Below are positions 29,727 through 39,465 of a stretch of DNA of 64,000 nucleotides, one piece after another. The notes under the pieces were generated by a model that had not been told where the DNA came from, did not search any database, and saw only the letters and a list, made by a program, of their open reading frames with translations. Numbering within the stretch: position 1 is the stretch's first letter; each line of letters opens with the position of its first letter. The DNA is from an uncultured Gemmatimonadota bacterium. Lineage in GTDB: Bacteria > Blakebacterota > Blakebacteria > Blakebacterales > Blakebacteraceae. Made by a program: the position numbers and the translations under genes. The stretch lies in contig CAZNUA010000013.1 of the NCBI GenBank assembly GCA_964576115.1, positions 1 to 64,000 of the forward strand, in the 5' to 3' direction.

Positions 29727-30092
29727 ATGACCCGCAATCGATCCGACATCCTCCAGATGCTACCGCTCACCCACCTGAGCTACCTGATCCTGCTGATCCT
29801 GCACGAGGAAGCCCGGCACGGTTATGCCATCATCCAGGCCGTGGAGGCGCGTCTGGGCAGCGAGCGCAGCCCGGGAACCGGGACCTTCTATACGGCCCTG
29901 AAACGGATGCGCCGTGAAGGGCTGGTGGAAGAAATCGATCCTCCGGCCGAAGTCCGTCGTGATGACTCCCGCCGTCGATACTACCGGCCGACTCTTTTCG
30001 GGCGGGAAGTGCTGGCGGCCGAAACCGTCCGGCTGGCCGAGCTGGTCGAGACCGCCCGCTCGCTATGCCTGATCCCGGCCAGACAGTCATGA
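29727..30092 (+). CDS. PadR family regulator (ADOP-associated)
   Basis: RHGYAII, GTGTFYTALKRM, RRRYY; ATGA overlap with the permease. Confidence 0.88.
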   Translation: MTRNRSDILQMLPLTHLSYLILLILHEEARHGYAIIQAVEARLGSERSPGTGTFYTALKRMRREGLVEEIDPPAEVRRDDSRRRYYRPTLFGREVLAAETVRLAELVETARSLCLIPARQS

Positions 30093-32788
30093 CCATCCGC
30101 CGGACCAGACTCTACCGCCTGTTGCTGCGGCTCGCCCCGCCCGATTTCAGAGGCGAGTGCAGCCCCGAGATGATCCGCACTTACCGGGCGAGGCTGGCGG
30201 TCATGCGTTCCCGGAGCGGTTCCCGCAGGCTCTGCTTCCTGCTATCGGAATACCTCGATCTGCTGCGCACTATCGCCCGGGAGTGGTGGCACTATCTGCA
30301 GCCCGCCCCGCTCTTCACCACCCGTCAACCGGATGACCCCCGGCCCCGAAGGGAGCCCGAACTCATGACCTCCTTTTTCGCCGACCTGCGATTCAGCCTG
30401 CGCACCTTTCTCCGCCGCCCGGGTTACTCCCTGGTCGTGGTCCTGACCCTGGCCATCGGTATCGGAGCCACCACGGCGGTCTTCAGCCTCATCGATACGG
30501 TGTTGCTCCAGCCCTTGCCGTTCGCACAGTCCGATCGCCTCGTCGCGGTGCAGAACATGAGGATCGATCAGGGGAACCGGTTCAACACGACCTGGAACGA
30601 TTACGTCACCTGGCGCCAGGAGGGGGTTTTCGAAGACGTGGCCCTCTACAACGTCAGGACGGTCACGATCATGGGGATCGATCAGCCGGTGCAGGTCAGG
30701 GCGGCGCAGATCACCGATCAGTTCTTCAGCGCTCTGCAGATCGAACCAGCCGCAGGCCGGTTCTTTTCAGAAGACGAGATCGCTCCCGGAGCTTCGCCGT
30801 CGCCGGTCGTGGTGATCGGCTACAGCTTCTGGCAGCGGGCCTTCGGCGGGGAGGCGACGGCGGTCGGCAGCACTATCACAGTCCTGGAAACCACCTTCCA
30901 GATCGTGGGGGTCGTGCCGGTTGAAACCGAGGTCCTGCGAGGAATCGAGCTCTGGGCCCCCTATCCCCGACCGCTGGCAATCAACGAAACGGAATGGGAC
31001 AACGGCGCCTGGCAGTGTCTGGCCCGTCTCAGGGCGGATACCGATATCCAGAGCGCGAATGCCGCCCTGGAAACGATCGCGATCAGACATGAAGAAACCC
31101 ACCCCGGCGTGCGCCAGAACATGCGCTCAGTAGCCTCCCCCCTGCTCGACTTCATGCTCGGTCCGCAGACTCAGGGAACCCTCTGGCTCGTGCTCGGTGT
31201 GGTTGTCTTCGTGCTCCTGGTGGGGTGCGTGAATATCGCCAACATGCAACTCGCCCATGCTTCGGAACGGGGGCACGAATTCGCCGTACGCAGGGCAATG
31301 GGGGCGGGGCGACGGCGCCTGCTGCGACTGCACCTCACCGGGAGCCTCCTGCTGGCGCTCGCCGGCGGAGCGGTCGGCACGTTGCTGGCGGGCGTTCTGA
31401 TCAGGATCATGATCGGGGTCATGCCCCTGAATGTGCCCCGGATCGCGGAGGCGGCTCTCAATCCGCAGGTTCTATTCTTCACCCTGGCCGTGAGCCTGGG
31501 AGCGGCTGTTCTCTTCGGTCTGCTGCCCGGCCTGCGCGCCACCTCTGCGGGGCAGCAGGGTCTGGTGGACCAGGCCGGCTCGAGAATGACCGCCGGACGC
31601 CGGCAACGTCTGGGTCGTAACCTCCTGGTCGGATTCGAACTCGTTCTCTCGGTCGTGCTCCTGGCCGGAGCCGGTCTGCTCCTGCGCACTCTCGGCAATC
31701 TCTACCGGGTCGATCCCGGCTTCGAGCACGAAAACCTGCTCACTGTCAGCCTGGCTCTGCCGCAGAGCCGTTACCCCGATCCGGATGAGAGCGTCAGGTT
31801 CTACGAACGGCTTCGCACCGACATGGTGCGTCTGCCGATGGTCGAGGAGGCCACCGTGCGCTCGATGCTGGCCCTCGGCGGCGGGGGCTTCAATCTCTGG
31901 CGGGCCTACCTGGCTGAGGGATGGGAAGAGCCCCCGGCCGGGATCGAACTGATGGGCCCCTGGGTGGTGGTGGGGGACGAGCATTTCAAGACCGTCGGGC
32001 TTCCCCTGCGACGCGGCCGGACCTTCACCACGGCCGATGACAGCGACAATGTTCCGGTCATGATCATCAACGAGGCCATGGCAGAAGAGATGTTCGGTGA
32101 CGAAGATCCGATCGGCAAGCGGGTCCGCTCGTGGCGCGATGAGAACCTCTACCGCGAGATCGTGGGGGTGGTGGGTAATGAGCTGATGACCGGGGCGGCC
32201 GATATCGAACGTAATATCGTGTATGTCCCGCACCGGCAGAATCAATGGCGGAACATGACCTTCATCATCCGTACCCACGGCGATCCCTACGCCGCCGTCG
32301 AGAGTGTCCGGGGGGTGATCGGGGAGTTCGATCCCGAGCTGCCGGTCATGGGCTTCAGCACGATGGAGCAGGCCCTGACCAACTCGGTGATTCTGACCGC
32401 GACCCTGACCCGCCTGCTGAGCGCCTTCGCCGCTGTGGCCCTGCTGCTGGCCGCGGTCGGTATCTTCGGGGTTCTCTCCTACGTCGTCTCCCTGCGCCGC
32501 CGAGAGATCGGCATCCGGCTGGCGGTGGGCGCCGACGCCGGACGGATCAGCCGCATGCTCCTGGGCGAAACGTTCCGGATCGTGATCGTGAGCCTGGTTC
32601 TCGGCCTGGCCGGGGCGCAGGTGCTTGGTTCCCTGCTCCAGGGCCAGCTCTTCGGAGTCACTCCCCTCGACCCGATCACCCTGCTCGGGGTGGCTGTCAT
32701 GATCGTCGTGACGACTGTCGTCGCCACCCTGGTTCCGGCCCGGCGTGCCCGCCGGACCGACCCGGTGGAGGTGTTGCGGATCGAATAG
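30089..32788 (+). CDS. ADOP-type orphan ABC permease
   Basis: LYRLLLRL prefix, DLRFSLRT, LLVGCVNIAN, REIGIRLAVGA, ARRARRTDP. Confidence 0.9.
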   Translation: MTIRRTRLYRLLLRLAPPDFRGECSPEMIRTYRARLAVMRSRSGSRRLCFLLSEYLDLLRTIAREWWHYLQPAPLFTTRQPDDPRPRREPELMTSFFADLRFSLRTFLRRPGYSLVVVLTLAIGIGATTAVFSLIDTVLLQPLPFAQSDRLVAVQNMRIDQGNRFNTTWNDYVTWRQEGVFEDVALYNVRTVTIMGIDQPVQVRAAQITDQFFSALQIEPAAGRFFSEDEIAPGASPSPVVVIGYSFWQRAFGGEATAVGSTITVLETTFQIVGVVPVETEVLRGIELWAPYPRPLAINETEWDNGAWQCLARLRADTDIQSANAALETIAIRHEETHPGVRQNMRSVASPLLDFMLGPQTQGTLWLVLGVVVFVLLVGCVNIANMQLAHASERGHEFAVRRAMGAGRRRLLRLHLTGSLLLALAGGAVGTLLAGVLIRIMIGVMPLNVPRIAEAALNPQVLFFTLAVSLGAAVLFGLLPGLRATSAGQQGLVDQAGSRMTAGRRQRLGRNLLVGFELVLSVVLLAGAGLLLRTLGNLYRVDPGFEHENLLTVSLALPQSRYPDPDESVRFYERLRTDMVRLPMVEEATVRSMLALGGGGFNLWRAYLAEGWEEPPAGIELMGPWVVVGDEHFKTVGLPLRRGRTFTTADDSDNVPVMIINEAMAEEMFGDEDPIGKRVRSWRDENLYREIVGVVGNELMTGAADIERNIVYVPHRQNQWRNMTFIIRTHGDPYAAVESVRGVIGEFDPELPVMGFSTMEQALTNSVILTATLTRLLSAFAAVALLLAAVGIFGVLSYVVSLRRREIGIRLAVGADAGRISRMLLGETFRIVIVSLVLGLAGAQVLGSLLQGQLFGVTPLDPITLLGVAVMIVVTTVVATLVPARRARRTDPVEVLRIE
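32719..32788 (+). repeat. 70-bp direct repeat, left copy (3' end of the permease gene; attL-like)
   Basis: cgtcgccaccctgg...gcggatcgaatag, identical to 42258-42327. Confidence 0.9.
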
Positions 32789-32882
32789 GAGGGCGCGGCG
32801 GTAACTTCAGCGATTCATGATCGAGTAGAGAAAAACAGGGTCTCATAAAAAGGCACAGAGCTGGAAAGTAGCAATGTATCCT

Positions 32883-34739
32883 TCATTCGGTAGGTGGAAT
32901 GATCTTGTCCAGGTTCAGAAGCCCTATCTTGCGGCTCCCGAATTCCCCCCCCAGACCCCAGAGGAAGAGAGTTGAATAGTCAATAAACCAGTGCGCTCCA
33001 AAGCTGGCTCCATTGAGGACATAGATGAAGCCGAAGCCTGAGACCCATGTGACCAGGAAAAGGAGCAGCAGAATCCAGCTGCGTGACCGGGCCAGTTTTC
33101 CAAAGCGGCAGGTTTCCGGCAGCCCCATCCGCTTAATTGTCCTCCCTGTCTTCAGACTTTTTTCCAGCAGGTCAAGACTGGTACTGACACGCCTGTTCTT
33201 GGCAGCTCTGTGGGCCTTATAAGAGGCCTTGGCCCAGTTGATTCTGGCTGTACTCTCAAGGTGGAAAATATCTGACGTCGGTGACCGTTTCAGTTCCTCC
33301 TGTAGTGCTCTCGCCGCGTCTTCGTCCTTCTCACTCTTCAGGCAATCCTTCGCCTCATTAAGGGTGTGAAGTAGTTTCGTTATTGTCTTCTGTTGTTCTT
33401 GGAATTCTGCTTCTTTCTGGCTCGGCGGCTTTGAACCTGTTTCCCCCGCCTGCAGTATGACTTTGTGTATTTCACTTTCTATTTCTTGATTCTGTTGGTT
33501 CAGATCTGCACTGACTTGATCTAGCAGTTCCTGGGACTGGAATCGTGCTTCAATCGCAGTTACCTGCAGGCGGCCCATTTCGGAACTCACGGCGTAATTC
33601 AGATGTTTGGCAACCTCGAGCATGTCGAGAAAGGATGGAGTGAAAGGTGGTTCATTGCTCGTTGGCGGTGACTCTCCTCCCGCTCGCTGAGCTGCTACTT
33701 CTTTCTTCTTCTTCTTCAATTGTTTCAGGCTGTACTTGTTACTAGAGTTCACCTTCTGGCTCAGGGTGTTGATTCTGTTGATTACATCATTCGGTTTATC
33801 CGGTCTCTTGAAACATCTTTGAATAAAGAACCGGGCAATGATAGCAATCAGGAGCACAAGGAAGACGAGGAGGGCTCGATCCCGCATATTGATCTCGATC
33901 GGTATCCCCAGCCGGTCCTCACGTCCATCCAGACGGAGATAGAGATGACCTGTGTATCTGTCAGATCTTATCAATGAGCGGTCAATTGTGAGACTGTACC
34001 TTTCAATCTCACCGGGTGAGAAAGTTAGTTCTTTCGGCTTAGCATAAAGAGCTGTGTCTGGCAGACACTCGCCGCGCTTTCCACCCCGGACATCAAGCAT
34101 GGAATCGAGGATTCTGACCGTATCGTCAACACTGTTTTCCAGGGTGAGATCGATCCGATCAAGAAATGCGCCACGCGGGAGCACCAGGCTTTGCAGGGTT
34201 GGAAGGTTGTTCATTAATACTGAGCTGCGTCTTTGACCGCGGACGAGCTTGAGATTGGTTGCATCGGGAGTGAAGAGAGGAGAAAGAGCCGGGGTTATAT
34301 GAGCCATAATCGTGACGGGAATCACGATCAGGCTATTGCCGCGATCGGCCTTAGCGATCTCCAGGTATCCACGGTAACTGCCACCCGCCTCAATACCGAT
34401 GGCTGACAGTTCATAGAAATGAGGATTTGAATCAGTAATAAGGAGTGGTCCAGTAATGGTAACCTTGGAGGGTAATATTGTGTGGTTATTCTGTTCATGA
34501 GTCAGCTCGGAGAGAATTATTCTTATTGCAGTAGTATCTTCAACATCTGGTAATGACAGATAAAATGATCCTTCCAGAGTATCTTGTTCGTCATTTATCC
34601 AGCCTTCGATACATATTTCATCTCCAATAGAGATGGCAGTTCCACCCGTTGTTTGCGCGGATATAGATCGCGGCGGAGTGGGGAGACAGATGCCAGCACA
34701 TAGGAGCAATACTCCTGAATAGATATTGAGCTTCAGCAT
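32883..34739 (-). CDS. Hypothetical membrane protein (signal peptide, beta-rich extracytoplasmic part, TM, helical region, C-terminal TMs)
   Basis: 618-aa ORF with AGGAG RBS; hydrophobic segments ALLVFLVLLIAIIA and WILLLLFLVTWVSG..DYSTLFLWGLGG. Confidence 0.75.
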   Translation of the reverse strand: MLKLNIYSGVLLLCAGICLPTPPRSISAQTTGGTAISIGDEICIEGWINDEQDTLEGSFYLSLPDVEDTTAIRIILSELTHEQNNHTILPSKVTITGPLLITDSNPHFYELSAIGIEAGGSYRGYLEIAKADRGNSLIVIPVTIMAHITPALSPLFTPDATNLKLVRGQRRSSVLMNNLPTLQSLVLPRGAFLDRIDLTLENSVDDTVRILDSMLDVRGGKRGECLPDTALYAKPKELTFSPGEIERYSLTIDRSLIRSDRYTGHLYLRLDGREDRLGIPIEINMRDRALLVFLVLLIAIIARFFIQRCFKRPDKPNDVINRINTLSQKVNSSNKYSLKQLKKKKKEVAAQRAGGESPPTSNEPPFTPSFLDMLEVAKHLNYAVSSEMGRLQVTAIEARFQSQELLDQVSADLNQQNQEIESEIHKVILQAGETGSKPPSQKEAEFQEQQKTITKLLHTLNEAKDCLKSEKDEDAARALQEELKRSPTSDIFHLESTARINWAKASYKAHRAAKNRRVSTSLDLLEKSLKTGRTIKRMGLPETCRFGKLARSRSWILLLLFLVTWVSGFGFIYVLNGASFGAHWFIDYSTLFLWGLGGEFGSRKIGLLNLDKIIPPTE

Positions 34740-35161
34740 GGCATCTCCTTCGTGCGATGAAATGCTGACGCTGAGGGGAATATTTCTCCGAATATTGGAT
34801 GTGATCCTATCGGATTATCAACAGCGGGACAACCATCTTATCTACCATGCAACTTCAGTCAGTTTGAAGAAGAAATGGTAACTGTAATCAGGATGACAGC
34901 GAGCGTTGATATGTCGTGATCTGGAGCCACGATCCTGCACATCTTCCTGTTCCTGAAAAGCACTCCCCATGGGTTTTTAACTGAAATGGGATCCTCAGAC
35001 CTGTAATAACTTGAGTTCTGTATTCCTCTTCGTTACAGTCTCTGCATTACAACCAGTGGGAACTGCTTCTGCAGAACTGTACCTGACTACCCCTCGCATT
35101 CTCTGTCGAAGTTACATGAGAGTTCTTCCAGGTCCTGCACACCATTGAGAGGACTTGATCC

Positions 35162-38100
35162 ATGCTTGTTACCGCCCGGGTGTATTACGGCGCCGATCGA
35201 GCAGCTGCTCTGGCGTGGTTGAGCAGTCAGCACCTCCAGATCATCCAGGACTACGGCAGCTTTGCACTGATCAGAATTGATCAGGCTGACCTGGTATCCA
35301 TTCATTACCGGGTGAGAGTTCTGAACCTGCCGCCTGACATCCCGTACGGAGCGTTCCAGTACGATACCAGTGACCCGAATAGTTCTACGACCCCGGCCAA
35401 TGTGCATGATGGTGATCTGCCTTCCGGACGCAGCCATCATATATTCCGCATGTACGGACCGTTACATCGGGACTGGAGAACGGAACTGCAACACTTTGGT
35501 GTCTCCCTCATCGAGCACCTGGGCAGTTATCACTTTCTGGCCGAGTTCCCCAGCGATAACCTGGTTGATATCAACAACAGGCCATATATCGAGGCGATCT
35601 GTCCCTTTCAGCCAGTGTTGAAAATCCACCGCACGCTTCTTTCACAGTATCTGATTTCACTTTTATCACTTCCTGCTCAGATAACGATCACGACCCGACC
35701 CTGGCGAGCGCGCTTTCCCCGGGGGCCCGAAGCACGGCAGGAAGGCAATGTAGAGCTGGTTCTGCACCAACCGAATCCCGATGCTGCAACCCTGAACGCT
35801 GTCAGGAGTGCCGGTGCCACGCTCATCGGGATCTATGACCGGCTGATCAGGATATACACGAATTTGAATACGGTCCCGGATCTGGCTGAAATTCCATCCC
35901 TCCGTCAGGTTGCCCTCTTCAGCCCGATCGATGTATGCAATGACAAGGCAGCCGAGATCACGAAGGTCAGTATTACCCGCCCGGCCTTGAATCTGGATGG
36001 ATCGAATCAGGTCATCGGCATCTCAGATGGTGGTCTGGACAATGGGAACCAGGGTGATCTACAGGCCGATCTGCCGGCAGATGCGCTCCTGGTCCCTTTC
36101 AATCCCGCAAACAGCACCGCTGATCCTGATGGACATGGGACTCATGTCGCCGGTTCCGCGTTAGGGAATGGCACTCTTTCCAATGGTAAGGTCAAAGGTA
36201 TGGCCCCCGGAGCGAACCTGGTCTTCCAGGCTCTCGGGGATGATCTTCAGGCGGCTGTTGACGACCAGTCCTCCGGTGCATCGCTATTCGAACATGCCGC
36301 CCAGAATGATGTTTCGATCTACTCGATTTCCTGGGGGAAGGAGTACGGCGGCGGTTATGGTTTGACCTCCTGGAGAGCGGATACGTTCACTTTCGATCAT
36401 CGTGAATTCCTGATCGTAGCCGCGGCCGGAAATGTGACTGACGCTGACCTGGTGCTCATTCTGGATGCTGACCCGAACAATGACTCCCTGGCGAGTACGG
36501 AACATGTCTTCACGCCGGGGACGGCCCGGAATGTTCTGACAGTCGGGATCAGCGAGAATCGCCGACCTGAGCTGCCGGTCAAGATCACCTGGACCACGCC
36601 TGAAGGCGTTTACATGGATAGGGACGGCATCCGTGCTGAGGCCGATGATCCGGACCAGATCGGCAGCAGGAGCCCCTGGAATCCCGATATAGAGGGTCGG
36701 GCTCACAAGCCGGATGTCGTTGCTCCAGGTACCTGGGTGCTGTCCACGATGCCTCTGGATACCACTACTTCACCTGTTTCACCTGGTTGTGATATTGAAA
36801 ATCTCAGTCGACCGGGAAGGTCGATTTTCGGATTTGCCAATCAACTTGCCCCCTGTGGACCTTTTGGACCGTACGACAACAGCGCCGGTCAGTGTACCGA
36901 CGATGCCTGGCAGTACTATCGCTACGCTACCGGTTCGAGCATGTCGACTCCGATTGTGGCGGGTCTCTGTGCCCTTCTGCGCCAGCAGCTTGAAGAACGG
37001 GTCGGGCACGTCCCCTCAGCCGCCCTGATCAAAGCCCTGGTGATCAACGGTGCTGTCCCTGTCAGTGAGGCGATGATGACATATCCCGGCCCGCGCGGCG
37101 GTTGGGGGCGGGTTGATATCCAGCGCTCCCTCCAGTACTGCTCGGATTACCGGGTTCAGTACATCGATGATCTCGAACAACCGGTGACATTGGAGACACC
37201 CCTTACCTTCGATGTGTTCGTTTCTTCCTCCGGCGTATTGACGGTTACTCTCGTCTGGCGTGATCACGTAGGGTTAGCTCTCCAGAATGTGCTTCTGGTT
37301 TCAGCCTGTCACATGGAATCCCAGAGCGTCAGGTATTCGGCGGAATTCGATGATGGTACCGGTTCACTTGCTGCCACCGACAACCCTTCGATCATCACCA
37401 ACAATGTCCAGAAGATACCGTGGGATAATCCAGCCCCCGGGCATTATCGGATCGAGATTGAAGCCATGTTGATCTCTCAACCGATTCCCGACTCTCCCGC
37501 GACTGATCCGGAGTGCCAGGATTTCGCGCTGGTTGTGTCAGGTGCGCACGGATTCTCGTGTAATCCATCCGATATCGTCCAGATCATCGATCGTTCAGGA
37601 AGCATGCAGTCATCGGGCTACATCGAACCCGCCAAGCAGTGTGCCGAACAGCTCGTCGATCTGCTCCAGATCAATGATCGGACGGGGATCGTTTCGTTCA
37701 ATGATCAGGCTTCAATCGATTATGCCCTGACCCGTACTGATAACCAGAGCGTGAAAGAAGCCATGAAATCCCAGATTGCACAGCTTCAGGCAGGTGGCCT
37801 GACCGATCTGCGACTGGCCCTGGAAACAGGAGTGACCGCACTGGGGGACAACCCGGAACAGCAACGGGCTCTCATATTCCTCTCCGACGGAAAGCACACG
37901 ACCACCACTCCCCCAATCGATTCCGGATTCCTCGACGAACTGGCTGAATCAGGGATGAAGGTGTATACGATCGCGCTGGGACCTGCCAGCGATCTCGAAG
38001 TCTTGGGCGAGATCTCCGCTCGGACCGGAACCGGATCACCCTACTACATCACCTCCGGTGCCGAGGCCAATAAGATGCAGGAGATTTACTACGATATCGC

Positions 38101-39052
38101 CGGCGATCTGGACTGCGGGGGGCTGGCTTATCTGGAGACAGAGGTGATTGGTGATTCGAATCCGTGTGAGATAGAAGTCGATATCGACAGTACCGTTGAG
38201 GAAGCGGGTTGCGGGGCATCATGGGAGGATGAAGACGATTCCTTCGAAATGGAACTCGAGGATCCCGATGGGAATCGCTCGACTCCGGATACCAGTGACA
38301 TCTTTCAGTGCCGAGGGAAAACGCACCTGCTGATCCGCTGGTTCTCGCCCCGGCCGGGAAAATGGAAGGTGCGGATCAGCAGGGAGTCACCATCACAGGG
38401 AAAGAGCTGGCTGGTGCTGGCAGCCTGGACCGACTCACGCATCAGGCACAATCTCCACATCAACCGCCAGTACCTCCAGCAGGGTCAACTGGCGATCGAA
38501 CTCAGGCCGGTTCTGAACGAGAACCCCCTCACCGGGGGACGGGGTATCGTCAGCATCACCTTCCCGACCTGTTCGGTTGAGACTTTGATAGAAACCTACC
38601 GGGAGCAGCTCGATGCAATAGCGCATACCAGTAACTGGCAGCATGGGGATGCGGATGATCGCTGGAGGGTCGCACTCGATCAGTTTGCCGCCCTCAAGCT
38701 TCGGGAAGACAGTGAAGATATCTTCCGCCGCGCGAGAACCGACATCGAATTCCGGGAAGTACGAAAAGAATCCGGGGTCTTTGCCGGGTGTCTGGTATAT
38801 CAGGCGATGGTGGATCTGGCGGCCTTTGACATTAAGGGCCCGATTGAGGCACGACTCTACTTCAGCCTGGAGTCGCCTGAGTTAGGGCCCCATGCATTCC
38901 GCAAACTCATTCCCATCACTTTACCGGGCAGGGCACATCCTGATCCGGAGAATACTACCTCATCGATCCATGCTCGGACTAGAGAGTCGCAAGACCGTAC
39001 GAAGGGGCTGGCAGCCCCACGTTCTTCTGATGAAGGAGGCAACGATGTGTGA
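35162..39052 (+). CDS. S8 subtilase (KP-43-like) fused to a vWA domain and a C-terminal domain
   Basis: IGISDGG (Asp), GHGTHVAG (His), AAAGN, GSSMSTP (Ser); vWA MIDAS IDRSGS..LSDG. Confidence 0.88.
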   Translation: MLVTARVYYGADRAAALAWLSSQHLQIIQDYGSFALIRIDQADLVSIHYRVRVLNLPPDIPYGAFQYDTSDPNSSTTPANVHDGDLPSGRSHHIFRMYGPLHRDWRTELQHFGVSLIEHLGSYHFLAEFPSDNLVDINNRPYIEAICPFQPVLKIHRTLLSQYLISLLSLPAQITITTRPWRARFPRGPEARQEGNVELVLHQPNPDAATLNAVRSAGATLIGIYDRLIRIYTNLNTVPDLAEIPSLRQVALFSPIDVCNDKAAEITKVSITRPALNLDGSNQVIGISDGGLDNGNQGDLQADLPADALLVPFNPANSTADPDGHGTHVAGSALGNGTLSNGKVKGMAPGANLVFQALGDDLQAAVDDQSSGASLFEHAAQNDVSIYSISWGKEYGGGYGLTSWRADTFTFDHREFLIVAAAGNVTDADLVLILDADPNNDSLASTEHVFTPGTARNVLTVGISENRRPELPVKITWTTPEGVYMDRDGIRAEADDPDQIGSRSPWNPDIEGRAHKPDVVAPGTWVLSTMPLDTTTSPVSPGCDIENLSRPGRSIFGFANQLAPCGPFGPYDNSAGQCTDDAWQYYRYATGSSMSTPIVAGLCALLRQQLEERVGHVPSAALIKALVINGAVPVSEAMMTYPGPRGGWGRVDIQRSLQYCSDYRVQYIDDLEQPVTLETPLTFDVFVSSSGVLTVTLVWRDHVGLALQNVLLVSACHMESQSVRYSAEFDDGTGSLAATDNPSIITNNVQKIPWDNPAPGHYRIEIEAMLISQPIPDSPATDPECQDFALVVSGAHGFSCNPSDIVQIIDRSGSMQSSGYIEPAKQCAEQLVDLLQINDRTGIVSFNDQASIDYALTRTDNQSVKEAMKSQIAQLQAGGLTDLRLALETGVTALGDNPEQQRALIFLSDGKHTTTTPPIDSGFLDELAESGMKVYTIALGPASDLEVLGEISARTGTGSPYYITSGAEANKMQEIYYDIAGDLDCGGLAYLETEVIGDSNPCEIEVDIDSTVEEAGCGASWEDEDDSFEMELEDPDGNRSTPDTSDIFQCRGKTHLLIRWFSPRPGKWKVRISRESPSQGKSWLVLAAWTDSRIRHNLHINRQYLQQGQLAIELRPVLNENPLTGGRGIVSITFPTCSVETLIETYREQLDAIAHTSNWQHGDADDRWRVALDQFAALKLREDSEDIFRRARTDIEFREVRKESGVFAGCLVYQAMVDLAAFDIKGPIEARLYFSLESPELGPHAFRKLIPITLPGRAHPDPENTTSSIHARTRESQDRTKGLAAPRSSDEGGNDV

Positions 39053-39443
39053 AGATCCCCAGGGCACAACCACAGATTCCGGTGAGACCACAACGAGCAA
39101 TTACTGCGATGACACGAGAATCGCGAATCTCATCATCGGCTTCGAGGGATTCATCGAAAGCGAGAAGCATCTTTTATTTTCGGAAATGAGGCAGGCGGAT
39201 AAGGTGGGTGACGTAGTCTGTGCAGTTACCAAGTTCCTGCATCGTCTGCTCAAGCAGTTCGGGCCATTTGTCTCGCAGTGCAAGGACCATTATCACGAAG
39301 TAGCCAAGGGCAAGCTTGATACTGCTGTCGAGATAGGTGGTTACAAGGAATTGTCCACTATCGGTGATACCGAAGACTACTTCTGCATCTACACGGGTAC
39401 CTACGTTGACAGCAAGGACGACTGCAAACCGATAATGGATTAG
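39045..39443 (+). CDS. Small hypothetical protein (132 aa, 6 Cys), overlapping the protease stop
   Basis: AAGGAGG RBS before ATG at 39045; 8-bp overlap with the upstream gene. Confidence 0.7.
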   Translation: MCEDPQGTTTDSGETTTSNYCDDTRIANLIIGFEGFIESEKHLLFSEMRQADKVGDVVCAVTKFLHRLLKQFGPFVSQCKDHYHEVAKGKLDTAVEIGGYKELSTIGDTEDYFCIYTGTYVDSKDDCKPIMD

Positions 39444-39465
39444 CGAACGCGTCCGGTACTGACAC

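Noticed and set aside
29568-29727. TAG read-through fusing the sORF to the in-frame padR
   Set aside because: The intervening sequence is AT-rich and promoter-like, and a signal peptide on PadR makes no sense; no pyl genes seen.
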